A stretch of DNA of 64,000 nucleotides from contig OZ024740.1 in the NCBI GenBank assembly GCA_964016885.1, positions 256,246,001-256,310,000 on the forward strand. Reading direction: 5' to 3'. The stretch is from Eledone cirrhosa. Its lineage: Eukaryota. Positions 10,381-25,148 of this stretch are shown in pieces. Below the pieces are notes generated by a model, which was given only the letters and a program-made list of their open reading frames with translations, was not told the DNA's origin and searched no databases. The stretch's first letter is position 1. Each line of letters begins with the position of its first letter. Made by a program: the position numbers and the translations under genes.

Positions 10381-13300
10381 GGTTTCATTTATTGGCCACG
10401 AGGGCTGGCATATTGGGGACAATACAATAGACATATTGGGTCAGTGGGGCTTTTACACAAAAATCGAGTGAAAAATAGGAAAAACAATAACAATAAGCAA
10501 GAAAAATACAACAATGCTTGACATAAAGTATAATTTTAAGGATTGACATAAAGTATAATTTTAAGCACAGCATAGAACGGTACAGAACGCTACAAATGGA
10601 CATATCTGCGTGTAACCCCCCCCCCCCCCCCAAAAAAAAAACAATAACAAAGGAAGTAACAACAAAAAAATGAAACAAAAGAAAATTCACAATAGGGAGA
10701 AGACCTCCGAGTTCACTCGTAAAGAAAGCCCACAAAAAGCCTCAGTGACCCTCATCACCAGGGCAAGTACTCTACCAGTTTTCCACCTTCAATTTACAGG
10801 TGCATACTCAAAGCAGGCCCACTCAATCGGGCCATGTTCGCCTGTCTCACCTTTCAACAAATTGCTGGGAAGGGAGCACTTACCTCTCCACCCTGATTCC
10901 TTTTCAAATAAAATGTGAAAAAGTTAATCGGGGCATCACCGAAGAGGTAAGGGCTCGTCTTCAACCCTTTCAAACGCGTCCACCACATCACCTCTTTCGC
11001 TATGGCCACCAGGCAGATAAAAATAGCCTGCCCTTCCCGGTTAAAGGAAGGCGGCGGAGCAATCTTCACAATGGACTCAGCTGATAGCCGGATCCGTCCT
11101 ACACGCGGTAGCAAGTGTTCTACATAAACACACATGTCAGCAATGCTCGGACACTGGACGAGTGCGTGCAGGCCCGGCTGACGGTTCTTCCATGGCTGTA
11201 GAGTTTATCCCGAACTGGCAAATCTCGCTGGTATCACTGCCAGGCCAGGGGTTTCTGGAAGTTGTCCGTGGGCCCCGGCCGGAAAGTTCTTCCGAAAAGA
11301 TTGGCTAGTTGATTTTCGTCAACCCCAGAGCCTCCCCAAGGACGTCGTCGCCAAAGTTGAGTTTCCACCGATGGTATCACCCGACTTGTCGAGGGTTGTA
11401 AGCGCCTGAAGATATTCCAGTCTCCAAGCACTTCCTCTCGGTCTTTGCTTGACCCAGGACTGCAGCTCCGTCAAGAAGACGAGCTAGGGAAATACGCGTT
11501 TAGCAAATGGTGACCACACCTGATCACCGCCGAGGAAGAGTTAGAGATGCCGTAGCCAGTGCAGTCAGGCAAGGCTTAGCACAAAGCACGATGGTCGGAT
11601 GTAGTAGATGACAGACGCGTGTACGCGTTCGCCTCCCCTACTCGACCTTTCAGGGATAGCTTCCTCTCGGTCCATTTCTGGGTGAGAGAAGCCACGTCGT
11701 ACTACTTTTTGTTCGTCTGGAGCTCCGGACGTAACCAGAATCCTAGCAATTTAACCGGTCCGTCCGTCCAGCCTTTGACGATGCTGTTGGACGGCATGGA
11801 CCTTCCTCTCCAGGTGCCGAACTGCAGGCCCACCGACTTTTCCTGGTTAATCATTGCTCCTGTCACCGCCTCGTATTCTCTTAGTGTAGTGCCGATCGCC
11901 TGGATGAGTTTGACGCTCTCCACCACTACGGTGATGTCTTCAGCATATATTGTTCCCGCGTCCCAGGTCGCTAGAGACGCCCCTCAACGTATCCAGTGCA
12001 GTAATGATCTCGAGAGTCAATACGTACAACAGGGACGAAAGGGGACATCTGTGGTGGACCGAGCGCATGATGTTGAACGGTTTCGAAAGTCTGGCATGTG
12101 TATGTAAAGCTCGTAGGGCAGACCATCCAAAGCAGGCGATTTACCTAGCGTGCAGTCATTCATTGCTACCCGTACTTCAGTGGTTGTTATCAGCCTTTTG
12201 TAACACTCCGCCTCATTGGCCGAGAGCCACGGCTGTCCGTCGAGGTAGGCGCTAAAGTCCATCCGACCCACCGCTACCCCTAAACAGCTGAGCGAGGTGT
12301 CGCTGAAAACCGCACACATTTGCTCGGGTTCGAGTAACATGCGCCCGTCGTAGTCCTCCAAAGACTGGATCATGTCTTAGTTGCCACGACGCGCCTCCGT
12401 CACTCGGGCGCATCGAAGAGCTTTCGTCTCTTCGTGTCTGAGATAACGTGCCCTAGCTCTGACAACGCAGCCTTCACCTTTGCGTTGAAGAATTGGTCAA
12501 GGGCCATTTTCGTTACTTTAAATCGTGGACAACTTATGCTAGCCATATCTACTTCCCTACACAATACCCTATCTAAATACGAGCTGGATGACCCGATGCG
12601 GTTTGCTCATGTCCACATTGGCACATTCGGATAATCCAGTCTATACCTGTCAAACAGTTCAAAAATTAGAACATAAATTAACAGCTTCACACAATTACGA
12701 TGCAGTGGGGTGTGAGGGTGGTTGATGCTGAGTAGCAGCCATTAGACCAATTATATTTCAAGGGTCCCAAATTATTGCTACTATACATAATAAACAAGGA
12801 ACCCAATGAAAATTTCAGCCTTGCAAGGTTAATTTATCACTATAACGATTATATTAGCATGGGGAGCTTTCTCTAATATAAATCACAAATTCGCTAATCC
12901 GGTCGCTGTAAGCTTTGCGCACCGCGAACGACGCGTTCAGCTTCCAGTAGCCGGGACCTTTCCTATGGAGTCTATCTAAGTCAACTTCACAGATCACAAA
13001 TTTGTGATCCGTGTAGTCGACTTCTTTAAATCGTGGACAACCTACACTAGCCTTATCTGTTTCCCTACAGAATACCCTATCTAGATAGGATCTGCACGAC
13101 CCAATGCAGTTTGTTCATGTCCACATTGGCACATTCGGGTGATACAGTCGGTACCTGTCAGACTGTTGGAAACGTCTGAGTTGGTTAGGCTTTTATACCC
13201 TCCTCTCTTATCTACTAGCCCCACATAATCCCAGCGTGCATCTAAGATACCATTCTAGTCTCCCACTGATAATAGAGTGCCGGACGTTCCTAGGAAGGTC

Positions 13301-15400
13301 TTTAGACGTCTGAAAATATCAGGCCGCCGGGGCATAAAAAGCCACTAACCTGAAAACATAACCTTCGCTGATGGTCACGTCCATCACCACTGACTTTCTG
13401 GGTCCAGGAAGATGGTCCGTATGACGAAATCCGTTCTTTTCCGAAATAATAGCGACTCCGCTTCCAGATTCCGGACGGCTTAGAGATGTGTACACTTCGT
13501 AACCACCGAAAATATGTGTGAAGCTCAGTGCCTCGGAAATTCTTGTCTTGCTGATGGCCACTACATCTAAGTTCATTAACCTGAGGTCGTTGAGCAGCTG
13601 ACCTTGCTTCCATGAGAACCCCAGGCCACGTGTATTTATGCTGCCTATTCTGAGTAAGGCCATGTTAAGTGAGGAATGGGATAGATGACAAAGGATCACT
13701 TACCCTGTTAGCGTAGAGAAGGGGCGGTTGAATCGTCCCTTCTGCTGGTAGTGCGCACCGTTTTGAGAATATCTGTGCATATTCTTTTTGTCAGCGACCC
13801 TCTGAATCCCGAACCACGTTGGGAAATTTACTTTTTAAAACTTGATATTGTTCTAAATCTAGTTCAATTACTTGGCAGTTTTGGGGCATACTTGATTGTG
13901 TTGGTGATGTGTAGTAGTTGCTGTGTGTAATGCTTGTGTGTAATTTTATGTTTCATTAAATCCTCATTGTGTTTATGGTAATATATATTTTATTCGGGAG
14001 GGGTTTTGTTTTGTTGTTTTATTTTGTTGCTGTTGCTGGGTGTGTGTGCTTTGTTGTGTTTGCGATGTTTGGTGCTAGTGGTTACGTTGTTGTTGGTGGT
14101 GATGGTTGTATTAGTGGCGTTGCTGCAAGTCATCTTGTAGCTTCTACTTTTGTTTGGCTTTCCTCGCTTTTGGAGAGCGAAGCTGCGCTGGTTTTACATT
14201 TGTTTTTGTTTTTCTTGGAATCCGTTTTCCACTCCTCTCCACGCCGTCCGACTGAGAGAGGTCGAGGAGGGGTATCAGTTCTACTCTAACATCTGTTGTT
14301 GTTATTAGTGGTGGTGGTGTTGGAGCCTGGTCTACCTTTCTTTGCATAGGTGCAGCTAGTGCGACTGTTTCTGTTGCTGCCACTGTTGCTATTTTTGTTG
14401 TCTGTGGCCTTGGTGTGGGTGCCACAGACGTTGCCTTCCTACTATCCGTGGAAGATCCCGACGTCCTCGCTGCCTGCTCTCTTCCCGATGGCCGCAGTTC
14501 CAGCGTTGGAAGGAGGTGGAACTTCGCCTTTGTGGGCCCACAGTCGTAGCATTTCGGGCACCTTCCTTCCACAGATATGGGAAGTTAGGTGCCATTCCCG
14601 AGGTTTATTACGTCAGGAATACCGCCGATACAGTTCTGGTTGGTTTGGATGAACATCTCCATTCCAATACCGGACCAGTCCTCTCTCCCTATCTTTTGTA
14701 CCTGCAGAGTGGTCGTTCTGTCCTCTGCCCGCAAGGACAGATAGGGCCAGTCAAGGCACGGGTACGTAGGGTGGGACTTGGGTCACCCTGACTTGCAATT
14801 TTTTTTCTCGCAGTAAAAGTGAACTAATTTTATTTCCTCACTCCTTAGGGTTTTCAAGGAGTGAGATTTTGCTTCCTGAGTGGTGGCAAAAAGGACGCAC
14901 ACATTGGCATACTACCTGCCTCGGTTGATGTGGGTTTCGGTGCTCACACATACCTGAAGGCCTTTTGTATTTGAGCATCCGCGGTTCGGTCCACACTACA
15001 TGATTTCGTGTCAAGTGTGCGGTATGACACCGTGCGTTGCTCTTGTTTGCTCTTCCATGAAATCGGCTGGATGCTACAGAGACTGAAAATTCAGTTCTGG
15101 TCACCATGTGACTTGCGGCCGCCATCTTCTTCTCGGTCACCAGGACTGTCTCTACGTTGCGTACCCCCCCCCCCTGGAAAAGAGAAGGGTCTATTCCTCT
15201 CTGCGACATTGTTCTCATTGCTGCTGTTGTTACTTCCGATCTTGTGGTTGTCATTGTTGTAGATACTGTTGTCTTTGATGCATTTGTTGGTGTTGGTGTC
15301 GTTATTGTAGTTCATGTTTTTTGTTCAGTTGTTGCTGTGGTGGTGTTGGTGACAATGGTGTTGGATGTGATATCCGACTTTGTGTTGTGGGGACGGCAGC
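10381..15400 (-). mobile_element. Tx1-clade LINE copy 2, heavily deleted and rearranged
   Basis: ORF2 remnants (LRIGSINTRGLG APE start, RT fragments, VWWTR C-terminus) and ORF1 EGRCPKCYDC. Part of the endonuclease is duplicated at about 12505-12665 and 13020-13170. Confidence 0.9.
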
Positions 15401-15599
15401 AGTCACATTGGTAAATGACATTGTCAATGAAGGGAATTGCAATTCATCTGTAACAAGGGATAATTTCTTTTTTTATTATCGTTGTTGTTGCTCTTGTTGC
15501 TGACAACACTAGCGTTGATGCTGATGGCAGTGGTGGTAGCGTTTATAATTGTCTTGGTTTTATTCAGTTTGAAATTTGAAATAAATTTTGTGAAGCAAA

Positions 15600-17160
15600 T
15601 GGGAAAATACAATGTTTAGGCCAAAGACCTGAACATTATAGACTCATTTTCCTTGAGGGTCAAGTCAGGCACCTCATAAACAGTTTGTGAGAAACAAATG
15701 GCAAAAAAGCCGATAGAAACAGATGAAAAAGCAAAACTTTCAGAAAGCCGAGACGAACCACACCAACAACCTGATTTGAGTATCATGGTTGAAACTCTTA
15801 AAAAGCAGGCCAATAAATTAACCAACTGGAAATCACCAAGCCCAGATGATGTGCCACTATATTGAACCAAAAATATAACATCCTTACACCCCAAACTGAC
15901 AGCCATGTTCAATGACTGTTTGGTGTCGGATGAAGGTACCACATTTCTGGCAAGGAAAGACTGAATCAAGGGTAATGAGGTTACCAATTATAAGCCTATC
16001 ACATGTCTGTCAGTAATATGGAAAACACTAATAAGCATTGTGTCTGAGGAAATCTACTTTCGCCTCCACATAAACAACTTATTGCAGGACGAACAGAAAG
16101 GATGCCGAAAGAACTCCCGTGGTACAAAAGATCAGTTACTTATTGACAAGATGGTAATAAAGAATTGCAAGAGGAGGCATACTGGTCTTGCCTTGGGATG
16201 GATAGATTGCAAGAAGGCATTCGGCATGGTTCGTCATTCTTGGATAACCAAAAAGCCTAGAGATCTTCAAGGTGGCAGATAACAGCAGACAACAATTAAG
16301 TAAAAGTATGACGTCCTGGGAAACAGAGCTAACATCAGGTGGAGAATCCTTGGGAGGAGTGAAGAGTACGAGAGGTATCTTTCAATGAGATTGTTTGTCT
16401 CCCGTGTTGCTTGTCCTTACCGTCATACCCTTGTCGCTCATATTGCGAAAAGTGAAAGCAGGATACAAGCTGGGAAGAGCAGAGCTTACCATCAACCACC
16501 TTCTCTTTATGGACGATCTAAATCTCTTTGGGAAAAGTGAGAGGGAGTTGGATGTACTTTTTAACACTGTCCTTATTTTCAGCTATGATCCATGTATGGG
16601 ATTTGGTGTTAATAAGTGTGGAGTCCTAGTGATGAAGAGGGGTAAATTGAACAGAAGCAACATAATCCTGATACCAACGGGTGAGATGATGAAGGAAATC
16701 GACACTGAATCGATACAGGTATTTGGGTGTTCTGGAGGCAGATGACATAAAGAACAATAAAATGAAAGAATTGATAAGATCTGAATACATAAGGAGAGTA
16801 AGGAACATACTAAAATCGCATCTAAATAGTAGGAATATCATAACTGCAGTAAATTCCCGAGATGTGTCTATTATAAAATACAGTGTGGGAATTCTCAAAT
16901 GGAATGTTACTGAACAAAGAGAAATTGATAGAAAGACTAGGAAGCTAATGACTACCTATATGTTCCACAAGAGGAGTGATGTTGATAGACTCTACTTAAA
17001 GAGATCTGAAGGTGGAAGAGATCTTATCACAAATATGTGTCTGAGAGGCATGCTTGCTGGGAACAGCAAGAATTCTGCGATACGTCCTAAATATCTGAGG
17101 CTGCAGGTAGCGGCTTGATGTTCATTTGAACCTTCCAGTTAAATGACACGAACAAAAAAA
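15600..17160 (+). mobile_element. R4/Dong LINE, degenerate with internal deletion
   Basis: NWKSP, EQKGCR, TKDQLLID, WIDxKKAF, INHLLFMDDL; 3' end matches 57900-58020. Confidence 0.9.
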
Positions 17161-17177
17161 AAGTAACAATAATAAAA

Positions 17178-18372
17178 ATCTTAGCATGGTATGTATTGAC
17201 TACCAAAAGGCATTGGTTAGTGTGCCTAATACATGGTTAACACACTAGCCATGAATAAAGCAACACCAACAATAAGAACTTTTATTGAGCATGCCATGAC
17301 AATGTGGCAAACAATTCTACAAATAGAAACAAAATGTGAAACTATAAAAACTGGACCAATCCCAAACAACAGAGGGATAAGTGATGGGAACTCCCTATCA
17401 CTACTGCTCAGCATTAACACCATTATCTGAGAAACGAAACCAAACCGGACTAGGTTATAAATGTTACAATAGGAAAATTAATCATCTCTTATATATATGC
17501 CGCAAATGAAACACAACTTAAAATACTACTATATACAGTACATGAACTGACAAAAGACATAGACATGAAATTTGGACTAGAAAAATGTGCCAAGCAACTC
17601 CGAAGAGAGGAAAACTGATGGAAAATAGCAATATCATACTAGATAAAAAAAACTGAGATAAGAAAATTAGATCAAACACAGACCTACAAATATTTACGAA
17701 TTAGATAGTGTTCAACATATACAGATGAAAGAGAATATTAGAAAGCAATACTACTGACAAATTAGACTACTACTTAAAACTGACACTAAATGCAAAGAAT
17801 AAAGTAATTAGCGTCAACACCCTAACAATCCCAGTAGTAAGCTACAGCTTATATATTCTGAACTGGACACTAAAAGAAGTAGTTGGAATAAACAGAAAAA
17901 TAAGAAAAATACAACACCCAAAATCAGATGTAGAAAGATTATACCTACCAAGAATACAAGGAAAAAGGGGTCTTATGCAACAAGAAAACTATCATAAAAT
18001 AACTACTGTAGGACTACAAAAATATCTAATGAAGAACAGAGGAAAATTAATAGAAATAGCTACAAAACATGAACAAATCAAAATATTGCACCCAATCTTC
18101 AAGGAAGCCAATAAATACAAAACAGAAACCAAATTAACAGATAGTTGTGAGGAAGATGAAAACAAACAAGAAACAACAGCAGAAATTGCAAAAACTTAAA
18201 ATCCAAACTGAAAACCAACTTCCAGATTGTCATTTTAAAAAGATGGCAAGAAAAGCCCTTACATGGCAATACTTGAAAAAGTTGAATAGAGAGCAGGTAG
18301 ACAAACAAAACACACACAACTGGCTACGAAGCACTGGACTGAAAGCTGAGACAGAGGGATTTCTGGTTGTAG
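17178..18372 (+). mobile_element. R4/Dong LINE fragment, old and degenerate
   Basis: IDYQKA, RGIxxGxSLS, KFGLEKCA, HPKSDVERLYL and GLKAETEGFL motifs across frames. Confidence 0.85.
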
Positions 18373-18540
18373 CCATCATCTCGGCCGGAACGGTTAGATT
18401 GGCCCAGATCCTTTCCCTTTTTATCAATTTCCAGGCCTGGGCCAAAGGTTCTGTTTTATCTGTCAAGTCCATATGGACAAATTGTCTCTTTTTGTCCTAC
18501 TACTGCTGTTGTTATTATTCACGTTGTTGTTGCTGCAGCT
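18373..18540 (-). mobile_element. Tx1 ORF1 fragment
   Basis: AQAWKLIKRERIWANLTVPA matches copy 1 QAWKLIKQEQTWANLTVPA. Confidence 0.7.
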
Positions 18541-18829
18541 AATGTAGTCATTAGTCCTTGGGTCTGCTGGGTTTGACACGGGGGGAAAAGGATGATCCAT
18601 TACTATACTACAAGGGTTCTGAGTCTGATTGGTTAGTCATGGTAGGAAGAGTTGCACCCTAGATCATACTGAAGACTCTTATTCTGATGATTTGGTCATG
18701 GAAGTGAAAGGCACACCCCAACCTGTATTGCAAGGACTCCATATCTCCCTCAAATGACACCTTAGAGTAATGTGGTTGTGGCTTCCTTGCTCTCAGGTTT
18801 GAAATGAAATTAATGAAATTTACTATTCA

Positions 18830-19040
18830 TCCTTGTATAGGTTTAGCTGGCTTCCAAAAAGGTTAGACTTCACAGGAAGTTTACCAATTGTGTTAATGAT
18901 AGAGATTCCAGTCCTATAAAACTAACGTGAAAGGAATCATCTTGCTCAATAATACAACACACTGCCTGGTCCAGAAATCGAACCCGTCACTTCGACCTTA
19001 TGTGAATCCAACAACCTAACAACTAAGTCGCATGCCATCA
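18830..19040 (-). mobile_element. Degenerate tRNA-headed SINE with CORE-like segment
   Basis: B-box-like GGTTCGATTTC followed by a CORE-like GTGTTGTATTATTGAGCAAGA. Confidence 0.5.
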
Positions 19041-20169
19041 CTGAAGGTTGAAATGAGGCTAAAACATCTACAACGACGACGAACACAACAATATCATCTT
19101 CTACAACACCAACAACATATTCAATGTCAACCGCCACAACATCTACAACACCAACAGCAACAACAACAAAGACCACCGCGACACCAATAGTTAACCAGCA
19201 ATACTAGCAGCATCGACAAGGACGACAACAACAACAACATCAACACTAATAGTTAACCACCAACACCACCCGCTACGCTATCAACAGGCAGGTATAGCCT
19301 CAGTCCATGTGTAAGATTTCACCCAAATCACGTGTCAGTGGGGTGTCAACAGAGACAAGCTGTTACTAATTAAAATAAAATACAGTTTAATCAAATCTGG
19401 GATTTATACAAGAGTAACGGCTATAGTGTGTAGAGGGAGGGGGATGAGGGAGAGAAGAGGAGTGGGAGGAAAAGGGGATACAAAAGAAGGAAAAGAAGTA
19501 GTAGAAGAAATTAGAAAAAGAGGGAGAAGAAGCAATGAGAAGAGGGAGGGGGAAAGAGCAAAGCAATACTAACAGTAACAATTACAACAGTGATAACAAA
19601 TAACAGTAATAAGAACAATAAACGTAATAAAATCTTTTACAGCTACAAGGCAACAACTATAACAAATACAATAACACAGAGATACAACAGCTACAATAAC
19701 AAGTACAACAATTATAGCAATAACAGCTACAAAAAACAAGGATAACAACAATAACAGCTTCAACAAGTACAACTACAATAACATATACAACTACGCAATA
19801 AACAATTGCTATGGTTATGTAGTCAATGAATGGTCTCAGCGAATGAGATAGTCACGCCTGGAACGCTAACCAATGATGGCCATACCACAAAAGCGCATTA
19901 CCAATATGCATACAATATTTACACCTTGTGGGGCCCATCCCTTCTCATGTCGGAAACAGTCTATTACTCTCAGAGAGAGAGGAGGGTGAGGGGAGAAAGA
20001 GAAACAGAAAGTGTGCGTGCGTGTGAGTGTGTGTGTGTAAGGGAGAGGATCGGTCCAGTACTGAACTCGGAAGTATTGGAGCTCAGGTTGGAGAGATTTA
20101 AAACAAATACTGTGAAGCATTCTATCCGTCGTTCTAACAACTCTGCCAATTCACCGCCTCTATACTAAC

Positions 20170-20400
20170 ACTCGAAGTCAAGTTTGTCTTTCATTCATTC
20201 CAGGTCGATAAAAAACACCAGTCAAGTACTTGGTTAGATTCTTCCTCTTTATCTCTTCTTTACTTCCATTCTCCCATTCTCTATTTTCTGAAAGAAATCT
20301 GCTGCACTCAGACCTGGAGATGGGCTCCACCAGGTTTTTTAAAAATGACCTATAAGCATCGTATGTCTATAGGGCGCCCTGAGGAGTTACGGGACCATGC
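20170..20400 (+). mobile_element. Old SINE core plus adjoining repeat; an inverted homologue lies at about 23545-23845
   Basis: Core tttcattc...gtcgataaa...ccag. The adjoining ctccaccaggtttttaaaaa...ggcgcccct...gagttacg segment recurs inverted. Confidence 0.55.
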
Positions 20401-20704
20401 ATCTTACCACAATCACTATCATATAACATAAAAAAACGGAAGCTTCTCGGTGGTCACTCACTCATTTTGAGACAGCAGCCAGCCAAAGGTGAGGTAACTT
20501 CACCACCAACAAAGAAATTTGTCAACGAACCTACCAAACAACTTGTATCTCACATCATGGGCAAGCGTCCACGTAGCTGGCTGGAACACGTTTCACGACA
20601 TAATAATCAGGTCCTGTATTGGTACCCCATGGAAAGAAGCGAAGAGGACGTACCAAGATGAACTGGCGGCAGACAATCGACAAAAGTTGGAACGATTCAA
20701 CTGA

Positions 20705-20945
20705 ACGTAATCATTGAAGTTCTTTGGCTGCTTAATACGTCACAAGATACGAGATGTATTGATAGATGCAACTGACAGTTGTCAGTGGAGCACTTTAGCT
20801 GCCTCATATGTCTCAAGACGCGGGCTGTATTGTTTAGAGCACTTTAGCTGCCTTATGTATCTCAAGGCGAGGGGTGTATTGATAGATACAACTGACCTAG
20901 GTCATTAGAGCACTGTGGCTGCCTCATGCGTCTCAAGATTCGGGA
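20705..20945. repeat. Degenerate tandem repeat (3-4 units of gagcactttagctgcctcat...tctcaag)
   Basis: Seen directly. Confidence 0.7.
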
Positions 20946-21059
20946 GCTTCTAAGTCTATGCTAGCCACATCTCCCTCATACCATATCTTACAGTTCTAAA
21001 ACACCTGATGGATTAAAGTGTCGAATAGACAGATTATATTCTAGTAATTGTTAGCCCCC

Positions 21060-21350
21060 ACCATCATTGGCTCTGACGTCGAGTATTCCAGTTGTTCGAT
21101 CAACGGAACAGTATGCTACTGAATTTAACGTGCAAATGTCTGAACATTCCAGTCACATGTGTCCTAAACGAAATTGTCTGGGGGAGTTAGCGTGACTCAG
21201 TGTGTGTGACAAGGTTGAACGTTTGAATTATATGTACAGTCTATCATATATTATTTCACTCGCAAGGCTTGATAAATTATACTTGCCTAAAACACCGTGT
21301 AGTAGGATTGAACCTCGGAACTTACGATTGCGTGACAAATCTTTTTTCCA
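21060..21350 (-). mobile_element. Second SINE family, degenerate (another copy at about 23120-23400)
   Basis: The two copies share gatcaa.ggaacag...gagcattcca...gtgacaagg...cttgcctaa; B-box-like GGTTCAATCC on the minus strand. Confidence 0.55.
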
Positions 21351-24300
21351 ACTGAATGGATTGGAATGACAGAAAATAGCGTGTCTTGTTCAAGGGAATC
21401 GAACTCACGGCAAATTACCTTACCCACAAAGCCAGGTGCCTTCACATAAGAGAGGAACATTAGTAAGAAAAAAAATCAACAGCAACAACAATAATAACAA
21501 TACCAATGGCAATATGGCGCCAGTAAGACAAACAGTGGTAACAACTACAACAAGGAAACAAATAACAGAAACCGCCCCACTCTCACCCCGCCCTACCCCC
21601 ACCCCAGCAACAACAAAAAATATTCCAGATGAACAACAACAGCAGCTACGACAACAGTAACAACATCAACAATGCCAACAATAATACAAGAAGCAAAAGA
21701 AAAAGAAGATAAAATTCACCAAGAAGAACAACCAGCCCTATACTTTTCAAGGTAGCTGACTTGTTTAGCAAATATATTTCACACCTGATTTTAATGAAAA
21801 AAATATCCCGAAATATTACATTTTTTTTCCTTAAGAAACGCGCATCACCTGAATGTACCTCACTGGAAATAAAACCAGGTAACAGCCGTGGAGAGAATGA
21901 ACAAAGACGAAAAATTCGGAGAGAAAGAAATCTCACTAAAACCAGTTTGATTTTTTGGATGTTGTTGGTGTTGTAGTTGTGGCTGTTGCTTGTTCTGGTC
22001 GTGATGGATGTTGTTGTGGTTGTTGTTGGTGTTGCTGTTGTTTTTGTTGGTTGTGTTGTTATGCTTTTTGTTGATTTTGTGGTAGTTGCTGTCGTTGGTC
22101 TTTGTTGGTTTTGTGGTAGTTGCTGTCGTTGGTCTTTGTTGGTTTTGTTGTTGGAGTTGTTTCTGTCAGTTTTGTTGTTGCTCTTGCTGTGGTTATTATT
22201 GCTCTGGTTGTTGTTGTTTTTGGAGTGGTTATTGCTGTCATTGTTGTTGATGATATGGTTTTAGTTGCTGTGGTTGTCATTGTTAATGTTGCTGCTGTGG
22301 TTGTTGTGGTTGTGGTTGTCGTTGATGTTGTTGTTGATGTTGTAGTTGTTGTGGTTGTTTTAGTTGTCGCTGATGTTGTTGCTCTAGTTGTTGTGGTTGC
22401 CGTTGTCATTGACGTTGTTGGTTCCATCTTCAACCATGTGACCATTCCATAAAATAAAAACAAAAATATGACAAAACAAGATCTCTTTCTTCAGAAATTC
22501 ATGTCCCTTTTTGACGTCTCCCTTCTTGCTATATCCGCCCCCCCCCCCCCCCCAAAAAAAAGAAAAGGAGACAATCGTCAGATCGGACCAAGGAAACAAT
22601 GCTTCTATAAGATTTTTCATTGCTGATACAGTCGCAACACCTGGTAGAAAGAAGTGGGATTTGATCTCAGAATGCACAGGGCCATATTAAATACATTTCC
22701 CTGACATCACTTTCTGTTCAACATACCTAGCTCCCACAACTATATTTCCCAAATTTCCCTGAACCATCAACCCCTCTGGGGTCCCAAATAATAGGGGAGT
22801 TGGAATAAGCGGGGTGGGAGTGTGGAAAATCGGTTATTTTTCTAGATTGTCTCCATTGATATTTTAAAAACCAGTATTAGTCGTTAAGTTTACATATTGA
22901 GACCTCAACTCATCCTATTTATTTCATGAGGTTTAGATTTCTAGTAATGTACTTTTTTATGTCATCTATAATGTTTTTTTTAATGTATAAAGAAAACTAA
23001 TTATCGCAGGAATGCTACCACTTAAAATAAACTTCTGCCGGAGTTAGATCAGCAAAATTCAATAAGCGGTAGTGTGTATAGGTGGGGAATCTGAAAATTT
23101 ATGAGTGTTCCTGTTATTGGATCAAGGGAACAGACTGCTCATAAAATTTACAGCCAGTGGCTGAGCATTCCACAGATACATGTATTCTTAATGTAATTCT
23201 CAGAGACATTCAGTGTGATGCATTGTGTAACAAGGCTGACTCTCTTTGGATTACAGGTACAGATAGACAATTTGACAGGTTTTCAAAACAATTTCGTCTA
23301 CTACATTAACTCACAAGGCATTGGTCGATTCAAGGTTCAAATAAATGACACTTGCCTAACACGTCGCGTGATGGAATCGAAACTGAAACCTAATGATTGT
23401 GACCTTCCTAACCCTTCTATCATGCTGGGTTTACAGTATCAAATAATTAAGCAAGAAAATCACACACAGGCACAGAAACAAAATAATCATATTTCTATGC
23501 AACACAAACCACAAAACTAAAGTAAACCACTTTGTTTGCTTTTCTAGTCGTAACTCCTAATGGAGTTGTAGGGGCGCCGTAGAGACATACAGCGTTTCTA
23601 AGCCCTTTTTAAAACCTGGTGGAGTTCATCTCCTCTCCAGATCTGAATGCAGTAGATTTAATTTGAGAGAAAGATAGAGAAAGTGAGAGAGAGGAGTTGA
23701 AAAGGAGATGTAGTAGAAGAATGGATCCGAGTACTTGATTGCCACTTTTTATCGACCTCGAAAGGATGAAAGGCAAAGTTGATTTCAGAACAAATTCTGC
23801 AAAGCCTTCTATCCGACGTTATAATGACTGCTAATTCTCTGCTTTAGTAAAACACTATATGTTGTAATTAACAACATCAACAAGAACGTTAAAAACTCCT
23901 CCGGTCATTGTAATAAATGGGAGAAAACACATGCTTTATAATGGACAAAGCGATTTTGTAATTGTTAATATTTTTATCCTTTAGACGCCAGATATATTTT
24001 GTTAACGAGGTATTACGATGTGTTTCTAAATGTCTAAATGCATATGTTATAAGGATTTCCAGTCAGTCTTATATAGCTATTTGTTACATTGTTATTTAAA
24101 AGGAAGCTTTTATTCGATAAACTAAATTCTTTAGAAATACACAATGTCGACATGAAAGATATGAAGATTCTTAAGAAAATATATAGAGGAAGAGTTTTAT
24201 GTGTTCCTACTAGAATTGTTCTTTTGGTTTATACTGGCTATTTATTACATCGCTATGTATTGTGGAATTTCCAAATGCCAACTGGCTAGCAAATTTTATT

Positions 24301-24926
24301 TCCTACATAATAGATTCGCCATCTCATTAAAAAGGCATACATATTGCTATAACAAACAGCAAAAAATGCCCATCCACTTATTTATCAACAAAAGCTACTG
24401 TCTGTGTTCAGATTTTCTTTCTTCTTCTTACAGAGCTGGAGGAAATATGAAATGTCTTTTCAAATAGTAATGAATAGAGTAAAATGTTACGCGTTTTCTA
24501 CCGTTTATTTTGTTCGGTAAGTAATAAACATTTGATGTATTTTAACCAATTAGATCTTGGTGTGTTTTATATTTTTTCGTATACAAATTGTGATGGTGTG
24601 ATCATTTCTCAATAGTTGTCACAATTACAGAATTGCGGAACAAGTCTTCTTCTTCTTCTTCTTCTTCTTCTTCTTCGACGTCGTCGTCGTCGTCGTCGTC
24701 GTCGCTGCTCACGTATTCCTGGGAGGGTCATGGGACGACAGAGTCCTCAGACATGCCGGCAAGTGGATCCTATCAGAAGTAACCATTTCCAATTGATCTG
24801 GTTGGATTCCCAAGCGAGATTATCCAAGCTGAAGGATGTTATCCAACTAACTTCAAGCATCAGATCCTAATATATATGTATGTATTTCACCGTAGTCTGT
24901 ATCCTTAAGAAGCAGTGTGTTAATAA

Positions 24927-25101
24927 TGGTTTCTGATTTAGACACAAGGCCAACGTTACTGGTACTTTATTTCATCAACCCCATCAGGATGAAAGACATG
25001 TGTAACCTCGGTGGGATTTGAACTCAGCTTAAAGGGACATAACTCTATGCCGTGAAGGATAGCGTCCGACACTCTACCAATAATGCCAATCCACTATCCT
25101 T
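24927..25101 (-). mobile_element. Deu/Nin-core SINE copy
   Basis: Head, core and tail match; (AAT)n flanks. Confidence 0.75.
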
Positions 25102-25148
25102 ACAATAATAATAATAATAATGATAATAATAATAATAATAATAATAAT

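Noticed and set aside
21420-22460. Convergent Thr/Asn-rich ORFs resembling Tx1 ORF1 starts or mucins
   Set aside because: Low-complexity sequence without any diagnostic motif; cannot be assigned.
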